Source of the DNA: an uncultured cyanobacterium
GTDB lineage: Bacteria; Cyanobacteriota; Cyanobacteriia; PCC-9006; JAAUQQ01
DNA: 64,000 nt
Direction: 5' to 3'
NCBI GenBank assembly: GCA_963718615.1
Contig: OY970368.1
Location: 1,152,001-1,216,000 of the forward strand
The notes below the pieces were generated by a model. That model saw nothing but the letters and a program-made list of their open reading frames with translations, ran no database searches and was not told the origin of the DNA. Of this stretch, positions 62,109 to 64,000 are shown piece by piece; the stretch's first letter is position 1; every line of letters begins with the position of its first letter. The position numbers and the translations under genes were made by a program.

Positions 62109-62847
62109 TTAGGAGAGTAATTCGCTAAGATTGCGGATCACAATGTCTGCACCATTTTTTGTCAGCGCACTGGCGTCTCCATTATGGGCCACGCCAACGA
62201 CCCAGCCAAACTCACCCTTTCGTCCAGCCTGAACGCCTGCGATCGCATCCTCCACCACGACAGAACGCTTCGCCACAGCCCCCACCTGCTTAGCCGCTTC
62301 AAGAAACGTATCGGGCTCTGGTTTACCGGCTAAATGCAGCTGTTCTGCCCGAACACCGTCCATAATGCTGTCAAACAACTCAGTCATATCAGCTGCAGAC
62401 CAAAACCATCTTACAGTTGCGACTAGAGGAGACCACCGCTGTTTTCAGGCCCTGCGCTCGAAGATGTTGCACCACTGATACAGCGCCTTCATAGGGCGCA
62501 ATACTTTCTGCTTGCAAAGTCTCTTCAAAATATTTGTCTTTGCGACTGCCCAATTCAATCACGGACATCTCATCGGGATCAGACGTTTTATCGCCATAGG
62601 GCAGATCAATATTTCGGGAGTCTAGAAAACTTTTGATACCCTCATAGCGGGGTTTGCCATCGACATACAGCCGATAGTCCTGCTGAATATCAAATGGCTG
62701 AAAAGGACGACCTGAAGATTGAGAATACTGTTTCAAAAAGTTGTCAAACAGGCGTTTCCAACAAACTGCGTGAATCTTATCCGTGGGTGTTAGCACACCA
62801 TCAAGATCAAAAAGAACAGCATCATACCGAGCCGTTGATATAGCCAT
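62109..62847 (-). pseudogene. Beta-phosphoglucomutase (HAD), split by a 1-nt frameshift
   Basis: FDLDGV, DGKPR, SSSRN in the 5' ORF; GKP.PD.F, EDA.AG in the 3' ORF; removing one base near 62400 rejoins them. Confidence 0.88.
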
Positions 62848-63374
62848 TTTGCTTAATCTCCATCACTACAAAATGCATCCTTTATTGATTTAGGCGGCTC
62901 AGTCTATTTGAGTCTATTTGGGTCTCAATTTTAACCTACCACAGGCTGAGCGAAATCTTGTCTGCCAAAAGCGTGATCTTTAATTCCATGGCAAGTTCGA
63001 CTCTGCTTGGATCGAGGTAATCGTTATAAGCCCTGAATGTCTTGTGATTGCGCTTATGTTGATGTTTATGCTTATTACATTCTTGCTGGTTGAACTGGTT
63101 GATTAGAGCTCACAGGTTCCTCATGCTTTATCGATATGATTTTTCTAATCGCTTTTGATGGTACTTGAAAACTGCTTAATTATCCCTTCTGCAACCCTCT
63201 CTGACATAACAATTCATCTGAATTGTATTAAGTTCTACTAACGCATTCACTCAACCATTCACTAAACCATTCAAAGGGTAGAGGTAGGCTGGAGCAATTT
63301 CTGTCAATATTCATTTGATAGCGATGATGGCGACGATGGCGAAACAACCAGTTGATACAGTCGATATAAGGAAT

Positions 63375-63565
63375 TGGGGATTGGTGGCCAGGGAAAAAAG
63401 ATCTTGATTGCGCTGCAACGGATCAATCGCATGAGTTGGAGCAAGTCGAAAGTCTTCATCCAGCTTCCTCGCGAAACTATCCAGCAAGCACCGGAATCAA
63501 GCACCGGAATACAGAGAGGAATCTTTGCTAACTCGGGATTATGAGACCACACTACAGACGTTCTG
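63375..63565 (+). pseudogene. Remnant of PRC-barrel domain protein C-terminus
   Basis: Across two frameshifts reads WWPGKK/ILI...RMSW..SKVFIQL.RETI.QAPE/Y....LTRDYE. Confidence 0.6.
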
Positions 63566-63590
63566 ATCGGCTCACCCAGGAACTCAAACC

Positions 63591-64000
63591 ATGCAAACGA
63601 TGCAACACAATGTCCTAACTCCAGTAATGCTCCACAAAATGGATGCCTACTGGCGAGCGGCCAACTATCTGTCGGTCGGGCAGATTTATCTGTTCGACAA
63701 TCCGTTGCTGAAACGCCCGCTGGAACCTACGGACATTAAGCACATGCTGCTGGGGCACTGGGGCACAACGCCGGGACAAAATTTTATCTACGTCCATCTG
63801 AACCGGGTGATCAAAAAATACAACCTTGACATGATCTATGTCTCCGGTCCGGGGCACGGCGGTCCAGCAGTCGTGGCCAACACCTACCTTGAGGGAACTT
63901 ACAGCGAGATCTATCCCCATATCAGTCGGGACGAAGCCGGGTTGCAAAAGCTTTTCAAACAGTTTTCGTTCCCCGGCGGCATTCCCAGCCATGCCTCGCC
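63591..64000 (+). CDS. xfp: Phosphoketolase, runs off right edge
   Basis: Not in the ORF track. Manual translation gives [43 protein letters not shown]. Confidence 0.96.
   Translation, partial: MQTMQHNVLTPVMLHKMDAYWRAANYLSVGQIYLFDNPLLKRPLEPTDIKHMLLGHWGTTPGQNFIYVHLNRVIKKYNLDMIYVSGPGHGGPAVVANTYLEGTYSEIYPHISRDEAGLQKLFKQFSFPGGIPSHAS

Noticed and set aside
63615-63992. 125-aa minus-strand ORF
   Set aside because: Antisense to phosphoketolase

Overview
This is cyanobacterial chromosomal DNA: the HIP1 octamer GCGATCGC is abundant, and cphAB, an nblB-like gene, a bciB-like gene and DUF4278/DUF1816/DUF4079 genes are present. Most of the window is housekeeping (cphBA, exbBD, ppx, rlmB, mrnC, carA, trpD, mscL, tRNA-Pro(CGG), ABC transporters, dapB). 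The main accessory block, about 10.4-22.0 kb, encodes a pair of AAA_35-type P-loop NTPases. One carries a coiled coil and ten nearly identical WD40 repeats that differ almost only at the ligand-binding hotspot codons. The other was a 669-aa protein (N-terminal domain, TIR, AAA_35) that an IS21 element has split cleanly, leaving a 6-bp target duplication. Divergent from it lie two membrane-anchored putative peptidoglycan enzymes. They share a gap-free 171-nt leader with repeated CCCCCAAA boxes, which suggests an NLR-like sensor/regulator controlling a small cell-wall regulon (inference). The right end (about 57.7-64 kb) is more AT-rich and partly decayed, with a rhodanese fragment, a frameshifted beta-PGM and a PRC-barrel pseudogene beside a GH65 phosphorylase and a phosphoketolase. 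Other oddities are a J-like domain fused to the plastoquinone prenyltransferase, an ATC-initiated STAS gene, a hydrolase lacking its nucleophile Ser, and a GluR0-like channel with a TFGYG filter. All family assignments come from motif recognition; no database searches were run.
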